A DNA stretch of 64,000 nt from Macrostomum lignano (Eukaryota). This document shows positions 26,396 to 37,330 of the stretch, piece after piece. Position numbers and translations under genes: made by a program. Each line of letters starts with the position of its first letter. The stretch's first letter is position 1. Under the pieces are notes generated by a model that searched no databases, was not told the DNA's origin, and saw only the letters and a program-made list of their open reading frames with translations. Where the stretch lies: positions 13,202 to 77,201 of the forward strand of contig NIVC01000311.1 in assembly GCA_002269645.1 (NCBI GenBank), in the 5' to 3' direction.

Positions 26396-26680
26396 TATAC
26401 CTGCCCTAATTGGGCCAGATGTGCAACTGACAGCTCAGCCACAGCTATTGTGTTGCACATCTGAAGGTTGCATATGGCTGTTCAGTCTAAAGACTGGGGG
26501 TTACCATATACCCTGAATTACCCCAGCTAATGCTGGCACCCATTTTATAGCTGGGTGGACTAAAGCATTATAGAGTTAATTGTCTTGCTTAAGGACACAA
26601 GTTGTTCCAATTGGATCTTGAATCCAACTTCCAACCTTCAAGTCACAAGTCCAATGCTTTAAATATCAGACTACAACACA
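26396..26680 (+). mobile_element. SINE/L2-tail-like interspersed repeat, copy 1
   Basis: Dispersed similar copy at 50855-51135; contains GGCACCCATTTTAYAGCTGGGTG...AGAGTTAA..GTCTTGCTTAAGGACAC, resembling CORE-SINE/L2 3' motifs. Confidence 0.6.
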
Positions 26681-26927
26681 TTTAAGTAATAAATCATAAT
26701 GAATTCTACCTTTGAAACTACACATATCAACATATGTAACTGCTAGCCAACCTAGCCAATACAATATAGCTAATATAAATTATGACAAACTAGGAATAAG
26801 TTATAAAATTAACAACTTTTGATAAATTGGACTCTAATTTGTCAAATTAGACAAATTAGACTCTAATTTGGAGAACAAATTTAATAATTTTTATTTTGAT
26901 TTTTGTTAAGTAACAAAGCTAGCTAAG

Positions 26928-27118
26928 CAGGCGCCGCGGAACAGGGGGGGCAGCTGCCCCCCTGACATTGAGTTGGGGGGGCATTGCCCCCCCCCTCAAA
27001 TACTGTTCAACAGCATAATTTTGCTCAAATTTTTGGTCATTGTCCAAGTCAGGGTCTGGGCTTGAGTTTCGGAAACTTGGTCCTGCCCCCCTGGCAAAAA
27101 CTCGTTCCGCGGTGCCTG
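26928..27118. mobile_element. hAT-like MITE, 191 bp
   Basis: 15-bp TIR CAGGCGCCGCGGAAC / GTTCCGCGGTGCCTG (1 mismatch); flanking 8-mers TAGCTAAG and AAGCTAAG (7/8), consistent with an 8-bp TSD. Confidence 0.75.
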
Positions 27119-27838
27119 AAGCTAAGTTGCATTTTTAACTAAGGTGCATAGCCAATAATATATAGTTTTTGAAGTTGTATGTATATATATTAAAAACTAT
27201 GTAAATTAAAAAAGAATCATGTTGCAAATCTTATGAATGACTTTTTGGGATCAATTTTATTTTAAATTATACTTCAAATATACTCAAGCATTTTTATTTC
27301 TATTTAAATAGAAAAAAACTAATAGTAATAGAGACAATGTATTTAAAATGATTGTCAAAGGTAGGAATAAGCTATAATGCTAAAATTAGAACTGGGAGCA
27401 CCAGATACACAGAAGTGTCAAAACAATTGAGATACTCTGCATGATGCATGTATTAAAACTTTTCAATTTTAGCAATTTTGACCCATTCCCTCTATAGAAT
27501 ATATGGCTTTATTTTGGCTTAAGAAGTTAGATTATGCCTGATACCCCTTGGATAAAATAAACTTAGAGCCTGGCTGCCACTGGAAATAGTTCTCTTAGAG
27601 ACCTAGTATCTATTGTCTTTTTATAGGCCTATATTACATCTTATTTGTTATGATTCCAAATAGCCTAGCCTGCCTAGGGCTAGGCTGCTTAGCTGCTGGC
27701 ATAAGACAAAAATTTAATTAGGCATTATTGTGACATTGCATTATTTAAAAAGGATTCAATATTCTACAAGTTATTTTATTGCAAAAGAGCATTCTTTCGT
27801 TTTATTTGACACAAATAGCCGTTTTATTAGTAACACCT

Positions 27839-28625
27839 GGCTCATTCCATATAAGCATGGTCGTAACATGACAGGCTATTTTTACTTATAAAATGAAATA
27901 TAATAATAGAATATACTAAATTAATATTTTAAATGAAAGATAATTTTGTCAAAAATATTTTTATAGAGTTTCATGTAGATATCATCATTAGTATAGATGC
28001 TATTAAACCTTGAATGGCACTTATGGTCGTAACAACAGGATTTTTGACAGATAGAAACTAAAAGGTAAAAGTCTTATAACATTTTTATTTTTGATATTTT
28101 GCAATACATTTTTTAAAATTTGACTAAGAACATCTTTAGTAATCATACTCTTTTATTAGAATATATAAACTCAAAAAGGCAACAAAGATACAAAAGAAAA
28201 GGCAGCCTTATGGTCGTAACATTATGGTCGTAACATATTTTTTTCTGTCAATTCAGTAACTTTGAGGTACCAATATATTAAAAATATAATAGATTATTTG
28301 GTCACCAATACTTTTATCTGATGATGCAAGTACTATACTTTTATCTATAGTTTGTTTCAACCTTCCAAAGCTTTCTATTTGTTTTTAAAAGGTACACAAA
28401 CTTAATGATGTCTTTTGCTTTGAAAAATGTCTAAATTTTTACAAAAATGACTTTTTGCCACTTGATAGCATACTAATCTAACATTTTATCATTCATTTAT
28501 TCTTAGATTGTAGATATTACACATAAAAAACATTTGGTAAAAAAATTGGCTGATAAGGCAATGGCAAGCAAAAATATTGACTTTTTTCTATTTTCCAAAA
28601 ATGTCCATCTTATATGGAATGAGCC
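27839..28625. mobile_element. Non-autonomous TIR element, 787 bp, unassigned superfamily
   Basis: Perfect 17-bp TIR GGCTCATTCCATATAAG / CTTATATGGAATGAGCC; 4-bp direct repeat ACCT on both flanks; four internal copies of ATGGTCGTAACA. Confidence 0.8.
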
Positions 28626-29344
28626 ACCTGACTCCACGTAACGCAATATGAATGAAGTTCACACACAGTATGACATTTCTTTCTAAGAAAACTCATTTAA
28701 ACCATTCTCACTTTTTATAGACAAACAAAAATAGTGACATTGAAATCTTTTATAGAGTCATATAGTATAGGATTTCCAACTCCCTGTATAAATTCTACTT
28801 CTCTTAAATAGCCCCTAAGGCATAAACATTAATGGTAGATCTAGAGTGACAAAGTTTTGAAAGTTTTAATGTCTGCTTTACACTAGGCCTACAGTGTAAG
28901 TTCAAGGACCCAAGGACCATTGTAGTATAGCTATATATATAACTACGCTTGTATATATAACTATATATAACGATATAACTGTAAGCGATACGTTTTTCTA
29001 CGAGTACCGTACGCGGTGTTTGAGTAAATTCTGTTTAACCCTAAACCGTTGTAATTTAGCACCAGAAGACTATGAATTTAAATGCGCTGAATGTAACATA
29101 TAGAGCTGCAGGATGTAATTTTCTGCAGCTGCAGTTATATCTTAGATTGATAGTTTATATTCGACGGATGCTTCGAAATATAGCGGATGTTAAGATAATA
29201 GCGGAAGACAAAGCATTTGTTGTTTAATTGGTACAAATCAAAATGACGCGCAACGACTGATAGCTATTTTTTTAAAAGGGCCTTCGTTAAGGGGTAGTGC
29301 ATATTCGCGTATATATGAACTTGCTACTATTAGCTAGTTGCACA

Positions 29345-30124
29345 TGTGAACCCTACTTCTCCGAAATCAGTTTTCTGAGCGAAGGAAGGGCAAGCAGTCA
29401 CATACCCTCAAGTCAAGTAATTATTTTCCTTTTCCAAAACTGGCGATCCCAATGACTCGGCTGTTCTCAACGCTTAAAGCTGATGCTGTTGCTCGCATTC
29501 TTGGTTCTGCCATTGCAACAAGCTGCAGCTCAAACTCAACCGACGCTTCCTCTTGGTCAAGCCCCGCAACTTTACCATCAGTTGTAAAGCGCCTTAAGTT
29601 CTTTTTGTGTTCAGACAGACAAGTAGAAAAATACAAAAGCAAAAGCCAATAACATGTCTAAAACGTTTTCATCTTTTGCAATAACAAACAATCCTGCTCC
29701 CGGTTGGCAAGGCAGTTCGGTTATGCGGAAACGTCATCGATCACCACAAGGATCGAAACTGGGAAACTCGTCGCGACTCATGAGGATGACGGAGCTGGAC
29801 AGCAGCGTCTGCCTGAAGCCTCGCTGAAGCACGGACGGCGGCACCTGCTCAGCGGGGCAGCGGCTTCTCTGCACGGACACCAGACCGCATGCGGAGTCGT
29901 TCGACTCGACCAGAATGCGGACGGCTCTCAGGTCCGTGAAGTTTGCTCGGCCTGAGTCGAAGTCGAAGAAGAAGAGCTGCGGACCGGACGGCTGCAGCAG
30001 AACCGGGACGGGCTGTCCAAGCGACAGTCGGAAATCCGAAACGAGTTGAGCTCTAGAACTAACAGTGACGAGCATAGCCGACTGGGTAGTCACCCACAAA
30101 TACACCTGCTGCTGCTGCTGCTGC

Positions 30125-30126
<2 letters not shown>
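29345..30126. pseudogene. SID-1-like copy A, rearranged: 5' piece on + strand (about 29345-29595, ATG 29452) next to an internal piece on - strand (about 29620-30126)
   Basis: MTRLFSTLK start with two 1-bp insertions relative to copy C. The minus piece encodes QQ..VYLWVTTQS..PSGPQLFFFDFDSGRANF..RGFRQTLL, as in copies B/C, followed by frameshifts and a deletion. Confidence 0.85.
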
Positions 30127-30127
<1 letters not shown>

Positions 30128-30193
<66 letters not shown>

Positions 30194-31690
30194 TTGTGTG
30201 TGCGGTGGATTGCGCCCAGGCACCGCTAGAGGCGGTGCTTGGCCAGTTCTACCAGCCCGAGGGGGTCGGCTGCGATGCTGCTGACATCAATGGAGTGTCC
30301 TCCTAGGAAACGGAGCCTGGCACTGGCGAGGGCCGGGCAGTCGAGCCAGTGAACCAGGTCGTCGCATGGGTGACCGCAGCGTAGGCAGAAGGGATCGACC
30401 GACGGGTCGATGACGCTGTGGTAGGCTCGAAAGAGAAGGCAGTGCCCCGAACGGATGTTGGCGGGGAGCACGGCGTCGGCTGGTTCATTGATGAGGTTCT
30501 CCTCGAGGTGACAGTTGAGATGGCTGTATGTGAGACTCGAGAGGTCGTGTGGCTGATCGGGGGGTCCTGAATGGCGTGGTGAATGACGTTCTTGGCGCTG
30601 CAAAATCTGACTGGGCAGGGAGAGAGGTCCAGCATCGTGGCCTCCTTGGCGAAGCGGTCAGCCATGCAGTTCGTTGCCGGTGACATTTTAGTGGCCGAGG
30701 ACCCATTGCCAGGTGATATCGGCGATGGGCGTTGGCAACTGGGCCCTGATGTTGGGGCTGCCGCTGGCAAGCGATCGGAGGAGGGCCTGGCTATCCATGC
30801 AGATATTGGTGGCTCCCGTGGTGGCGGATTTGTTAAGTCAGCTGATGGCGAGGGCTGCGGCTTGGACCTCCTCCTCGAAGGATGTGGTGGAGGAGCGCCT
30901 CGCTGCTGGAGCGTGGCCAGAATGGTCGGGTTGTCCGGGTCGTCGACCGTGACGATGGCCGCGGCACCGCCACCGGCCGTGCCGCCGGCAGCCGAGCCGT
31001 CACAGAAGATGGTGATTGTGCCTGGAAGCAAGCGAATGATGTTGGTGGCAGCTGCCGTGCGCGCTGGGCGAGGCTCCGGCAGATCCATGCTGATGCGCAC
31101 GTCGTTGAAGCTAAAGGAGGCGTCCCACGGGGCGGGGCGCGCAGTGAAAATCGTAGCGCGCGGTGTAGTGTCCGCTTTAATGAGGGGCGTCAGTGCGCGC
31201 GCAAATGCCACCAGCTGCTTCTGCGGAGGCGGTACGGAGTGTTTCCTGTGACCGCGATGTGGCACGGGTGGGAAGCCGGAAGGCGAAGAGCCCTTTCGTA
31301 GGCGACGAGACAAATGGCGTTACTTCCGGTATGGACGGCGGAGCAGATGCCCGCTTCCAGTCTGAGAGCCTCAACAAGAGTCTTGCCGTGTTGGCCGGTA
31401 ACAATGCTGAGGGCGGCGTTCTGCGCTCTTTCAAGCTGGTTGAAGGCGGAGTCAGATAGCCAGGGGTGCCAGGCCGGAGCAGCGTAGTTGATGATGCTGA
31501 GTTGCATTGCCTTGTAGATGCGAAGCAAGAGTTTCTTGCTCCACCCCCATTCCTTGGAGGCGAGACAGGCAAGCAGCCGGCAGCGGGAGGTGGACCGTTG
31601 AAAACTTCTGTTCAATGAAAGTTGCATGTGGCTTTCCAACACTGGGACCCAGAAAGAACTCCAGAAGCTCCTTGCCTTACAAGTCATGTC
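30128..31690 (-). mobile_element. 5'-truncated, degenerate non-LTR retrotransposon (I group, Ingi/Nimb-like) with RT thumb, RNase H, a Cys/His motif and a (CA)n 3' tail
   Basis: WGWSKKLLLRIYKAMQLSIINYAAPAW...LERAQNAALSIVTG...EALRLEAG; RNase H ITIFCDGSAAGG; CLRCGHPCDDLVHWLDCP; several frameshifts; (GT)n at 30128-30201 on + is the tail. Confidence 0.88.
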
Positions 31691-32199
31691 CAAAAGTCAT
31701 GTCATGTCATGTCCAAAAGTCAGACAGACTCTTTTATTGTTTATCTCTCTCACTTGCGTATCCTTATATATGTACGTTGCTCGGCCCAAACAGTTGACTA
31801 TCATATCTATCTTGACGCGTCCCTTGGTAACCTAAACAGATTGGCTCACATAACTTGAGTCCATTCACAAAATGCGTAAACCAATTGTGACCTTTCTTTG
31901 TAATTCGTAAAACTACCAAAACTATTAAAATCTGCTTTGTGAAAACTCGGTTTCAGAAACGGACTTTGCTTCGGTTTGGCCCAGTCAGGAACTTCTAGAT
32001 GTAGAATAAAACACAGTGGCAACGATGGCAGCTTCACAAACTCTTCAATAACTTAAAACCTGTGTTATAAAGCTGAAAAACAATTGCCACATCTAAGCCA
32101 TTCTTTGTTTAAACTTGTAAAGTCGGCAAATTTTAACTCTACTTGAAAAAGTTGAGATGTAGAAAACTGATTCTCATCTCATCTCAACATCAAATTAGC

Positions 32200-32385
32200 A
32201 TCAGATTAACATTAGATTAACGTCAGATTAATATCAGGTTAGCATCAGGTTAACATCAGGTTAACATCAGATTAACATCAGGTTAACATCAGGTTAGCAT
32301 CAGGTTAACATCAGGTTAACATCAGGTTAGCATCAGGTTAACATCAAGTTAACATCCGATTAACGGCATGTTAACATCAGGTTAA
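32200..32385. repeat. Minisatellite, 11-bp unit (AGGTTAACATC)
   Basis: Direct tandem periodicity; only a short degenerate version exists at the paralogous site near 42420-42460. Confidence 0.85.
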
Positions 32386-33295
32386 CCCATCTTAAGTTTT
32401 CATTGTTTCCACACTAGCGTCAGTGAAGGACTACAATGGTCCTTGGCATCAGTACGCTAGCTTCCAGTCCGCTGATGCTACTTTTAGGCGTCCCTGATCC
32501 AACCAACCTTCAAAACCGTCGCGTTTTTTTTCTTGTTTTGTTGCAATGATCACCCCAGGGCTTGGCGCAGTAGCAATAATTCGTGGGTTCAAATTCAATT
32601 GCTGATAAGAAAATCCGTGCGTGTCTCAAACGCGAAAATTCATGTGAGCAGCACAACAAGTTTTGACAGGCACCAACTAGCACGTCGACCACAGGTACAC
32701 CAACATCTCAATCAAATTTCCGCTTCAGATCATGCACCACTCGGGAAAATGAGTTTATTAGATAAAGCCAGGCTATTAATGTATGTGTGTGCGGTGAATT
32801 ATAGTTCTGAAAAATAGATTTTTGAAGCCCAGATGACAAAGCCTCAAAAAATTGAATTAAAAATTCTAATAATCATACAATCGTATATTTGGATACAGGA
32901 AGAAATAAATATCAGGAGTTCTAGAGGAATTTTTTCATCAAGAATGTTTTTAAAAAATTCATTTTAATAAGCGATGTCATAGGCATTGAAAGCGATGAGC
33001 TACAAATCAAACGGTTGACAATAACGTCTACTTCGGAAACCGCGAAGAAGCAATGATTAAAAAATATAATATCTAATATCATTGAATAAAAATAATTGGA
33101 GCTACTAGTAGATAAGGCGGTCGGTTTTTATTGCCCACCTCCTTGTTCAAACTAAAAAATTATGCAAATAGTCAAACTGTGAACAGCAAAATATCTCCCC
33201 AAGCACTGCTTCAAAGTTACAATCCACACATGCAGTAATGCCACTTCCGAACATAATTTCAGATCATCTTTGTTCCATGGATTAACTTCTTTGGC

Positions 33296-36081
33296 TCAGA
33301 AAATCCGGTCTGGCGCGAGCTCCTGTCGCTCTTCATCGAAGTCCATGAAGAGAACGAAGAGCAGCAGGCAGAGCAGCGCCTGCGAGCCGATCAGATGCCA
33401 CAGGTCGTGCTGGTCGAACGGCAGGCCAAGCGGATGCCACAAGCAGTCGTTGTTGGATTCTCGGGACTCAGCCGGGCTGCCTTCCCATTCGGTTGGAGGG
33501 TTGAAGAAAAAGACTACGGCCAGGATGAAAAGGCCAGCAAAAAGCAAGAATAAAATGAGTACAGCAGTTCCTCGACAACAGAGCTTGACAGACTTGACAC
33601 ACAGACAGGCTTGAATATCCTTTGGTCTCGTCTTTCTGCAACACTTTCGAATGCAGTAATAAAGGAAGTATAGACTTGCAGATCCGGCAGTCACAGCCAG
33701 AAGGAAATTTGCAAATAGAAAATGTTCATGTAGAAATCCAACTAGAAAACTGGCGATTCCAGCGGCAAAGCAGACAAAAGCAGCTAAGAACGTAAGAAAA
33801 TGCTGCAACAACTGCTTTTTCCGAACGATCAAAGAAATAACAGCCAGCAGCAGCAGCACAACACCCAGCACGCTAAACACGAATTCTCGGCTAACCAAGG
33901 AAAACAGAATGCCCAGCGAGTTCACCAGCACCGTGACGCCCAACGCAACGAAGGTGACGTTGGTGACCGAGCCGGAGCTGAGGTGCCGCTTGCTGTAGAC
34001 AGCCAGGCCCAGCATGCTGGAAAGCATGATCATGAAGGTCGTGTCGAACTGGAAGGTGTTGTGCGACGGACAGATGTGGTAGCAGGCAGAGAGCACGCCC
34101 TCCATGGCCAGCGCCAGACCGGCAGCGTAGTGAGCCGAGTAGCAGCGAGGAATGACGACCGGTTTGGAGATCCGGGGCTCAGGTGGGAGCAGTTGCACAT
34201 TCTCAGTACTCGTATGATGCTCTTCTGATCCTTGAACAGTTGCCTAAAGTAGATAAGATGCAAAAGCATTTGGTAGCTTTAGTCAGCGCTGCCGGAGCGT
34301 AGAAAAAAGTTTATTTAAGGGCAACAACTTTGTTTTGAACTTCACATGTACTTTAGGGTACTTAGGCTAACCAGTGATCTCACCTGTGGCTTGTCATGGA
34401 AAAGTTGTTTCGAAAGGACAACCACCATGAACACTATTCCGGCCGTTACGTAGCCCACATTCGATACCGCATTGTTGAATGCAAAAAATGTCGTCAGCTC
34501 TGTTTTTACATAAAAGCGGCACTTGAAATTATAGTAGCACTCATCCAAGTTTCCGAAGGAGCTGATGGAGTCCTGCTGGAGCAGCACCAGCTGAAAAACT
34601 GGTAGGCAGTAGAAGATAGCTATGGCCGTCAGCTGCATCACGAGGCTGGCATGATGCATTTTTTGCTCCCTTTCTGGCTCTCCTTGGTTGTCACCATCGT
34701 TAATCTCAGGAGGGTCGTGCTGGTGGATGTGCTCCTGTTCTTGGTTGCCAGCGTCGTTATTCTCATGACGGTCGAGTTGGTCGGTGCCGCAGCACTGGCA
34801 GTACATGCAGTAAACGCTGCAACTGCAATTGCAATCGCATCCGCAGCTTATATCACGAAAACCATGCCAAAAATTTTTTATTGAAGAACACGTTTGATCA
34901 AGGACGTTCTTAAACCCCGATTTACATCTATATCCCCCAACAACACATACAATACCGGTAAATAGCAGAATAAGACCTGAACCAAGCAAGAGAAAAAAAC
35001 AGAGTAGCTTTTTGAAAAACCAAAAAAGCAAAACAACGAAGGAAAGAGCGAAACTTATCACAGAGAAGTACAATACAAAAGCCAATATGCTCAAAGCAGT
35101 TAGTTTGTAGATTTTATCACAAAAAATAAAAGCCACAACTATCGCAGCAAGGCAGTCAACTCCGCCTAAAAGAAAAGTCAAACCAATAAGTGCCCACTCC
35201 TCCGAGTCGTGCATGGCGATCTGCTCAACCTTGATCGTGACGCTCTTGCTGGGAAACCACTGTCGCCGTTCCTGCTCCCAGTTGGCAAGGCAGTTTCGGT
35301 TGTCCGGAAACGCCGTCAGCACCACAAGGAAGCTGGGAAACTCATCGCGCCTCATCAAGATGATGGAGCTGGACAGCAGCGTCTGTCTGAAGCCTCGCTG
35401 GAGCACGGACGGCGGCACCTGATCAGCGGGGCAGCGGCTTCTCTGCACGGACACCAAACCGCATGCGGAGTCGTTCGAATCGACCAGAATGCGGACGGCT
35501 CTCAGGTCCGTGAAGTTTGCTCGGCCTGAGTCGAAATCGAAGAAGAAGAGCTGCGGACCGGACGGCTGCAGCAGAACCTGGACCGGCTGTCCAAGTGACA
35601 GTCGGAAATTCGAAGCGAGTTGAGCTCTAGCACTCACAGTGACGAGCGCAGCTGACTCGGTAGTCACCCGCAGATACACCTGCTACTGCTGCTGCTGATC
35701 AGGTGTCTGAGGACTCAGATGCGGTGGGCAGATGGTCCTGGTCACCGACTGGAAGCTCTCTACAGTGCTCTGTTCGCCAGTGCTGCTCACATCAACAAAG
35801 GTGTATGGCAGCGACCAGGTGTGCAGTGTCAGTTGTTGTCTGACAACTACGAGAAGTGACGTATTCGAGTAGCTGGTCGTTTCCAATCGAAGTGCAACAG
35901 TTTCATTTTCAGGCTGAGTATATTTCACAAGAACTTCAAGTGCGCTTTTAGAGCTGATGGTAAAGTTGCGGGCTTGATCAAGCGGAAGTGTCGGTTGAGT
36001 TTGAGCTGCAGCTGGTTGCGATGGCAGAACCAGAAATGCCAGCAACAGCACCAGCTTAAGCGTTGAGAACAGCCGAGTCAT
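33296..36081 (-). CDS. sid-1: SID-1/SIDT transmembrane family protein, copy B; exons (minus) 36081-34384, 34243-33296; one in-frame TAG at 35683-35685 (pseudogene or readthrough candidate)
   Basis: Signal peptide; ECD motifs LLVVVRQQ, SVTRTICPP, CGLVSVQRSRCP, GFRQTL; TM core FYCLPVFQLV, GNLDECYYNFKC, AFNNAVSNVGY, ALAMEGVLSACYHICPSHNTFQFDTTFM, SPAESRESNNDC, DQHDLWH, C-terminal DRIF. Phase-0 GT-AG intron 34383-34244. Confidence 0.9.
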
Positions 36082-36581
36082 CGGGATCACCAGTTTCTGA
36101 AAGGGGAAATGATTGCTTGACTTGAGGGTACTTACTTAACTACTACTGACGGGGGGCGCAGGCGCCGCAAATAGGCCGCGAGGCCCCAATCGCAATGACT
36201 TCAGGGTATGAATTGCTTGTCTACACTAGCTCAGAGAACTGATTTCGGAGAAGTTTTTCAGCCTTTTTACAGGACAGTTGTTGAGAACAAACTGATTAAA
36301 ATATTCTCCATTTTTCCTGCTATCATTTCAAAGACGCAATTAACTGTCAGTTATTATTAGTTGTTACAACAATTTTATGCCAAAACACTCTCTCTGCTCC
36401 AACACCCCCTTTGCCACAAACAGCTCTTTGCCCAACACTCCCACTGACCCAACACCCCCTCTATCCCAACACCCTCATGAAAGAGCATGTAGATATTTAG
36501 GCGTTGTGAAATTTAGGCGTTGTGAAGTGCGGTGGTTTTAAGCGTTATGAAATTTAGATCTTATGAAAGCTAGAATTAGAT

Positions 36582-37330
36582 CTCTGCCCCAGCACCTCCT
36601 CTGCCCCAGCACCTCCTCTGCCCCAGCACCTCCTCTGCCCCAGCACCTCCTCTGCCCCAGCACCTCCTCTGCCCCAGCACCTCCTCTGCCCCAGCACCTC
36701 CTCTGCCCCAGCACCTCCTCTGCCCCAGCACCTCCTCTGCCCCAGCACCTCCTCTGCCCCAGCACCTCCTCTGCCCCAGCACCTCCTCTGCCCCAGCACC
36801 TCCTCTGCCCCAGCACCTCCTCTACCCCAGCACCTCCTCTGCCCCAGCACCTCCTCTGCCCCAGCACCTCCTCTGCCCCAGCACCTCCTCTACCCCAGCA
36901 CATTCTCTGCCCCAGCACCTCCTCTGCCCCAGCACCTCCTCTGCCCCAGCACCTCCTCTGCCCCAGCACCTCCTCTGCCCCAGCACCTCCTCTACCCCAG
37001 CACCTTCTCTGCCCAGCACCTCCTCTGCCCCAGCACCTCCTCTGCCCCAGCACCTCCTCTGCCCCAGCACCTCCTCTGCCCCAGCACCTTCTCTGCCCCA
37101 GCACCTCCTCTGCCCCAGCACCTCCTCTGCCCCAGCACCTCCTCTGCCCCAGCACCTTCTCTGCCCCAGCACCTTCTCTGCCCCAGCACCTCCTCTGCCC
37201 CAGCACCTCCTCTGCCCCAGCACCTCCTCTGCCCCAGCACCTTCTCTGCCCCAGCACCTCCTCTGCCCCAGCACCTCCTCTGCCCCAGCACCTCCTCTGC
37301 CCCAGCACCTTCTCTGCCCCAGCACCTTCT
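36582..37330. repeat. Minisatellite, 17-bp unit (CTCTGCCCCAGCACCTC), upstream of SID copy B
   Basis: Near-perfect tandem array; source of spurious GRGGAGAEEVLGQRRCW ORFs. Confidence 0.96.

Noticed and set aside
31846-32037. Minus ORF with KADFNSFGSFTNYKERSQLVYAFCEWT faintly like the SID-1 N-terminal strand
   Set aside because: Very short and AT-rich, no DNA similarity to copies B/C, no partner exons; similarity could be chance.
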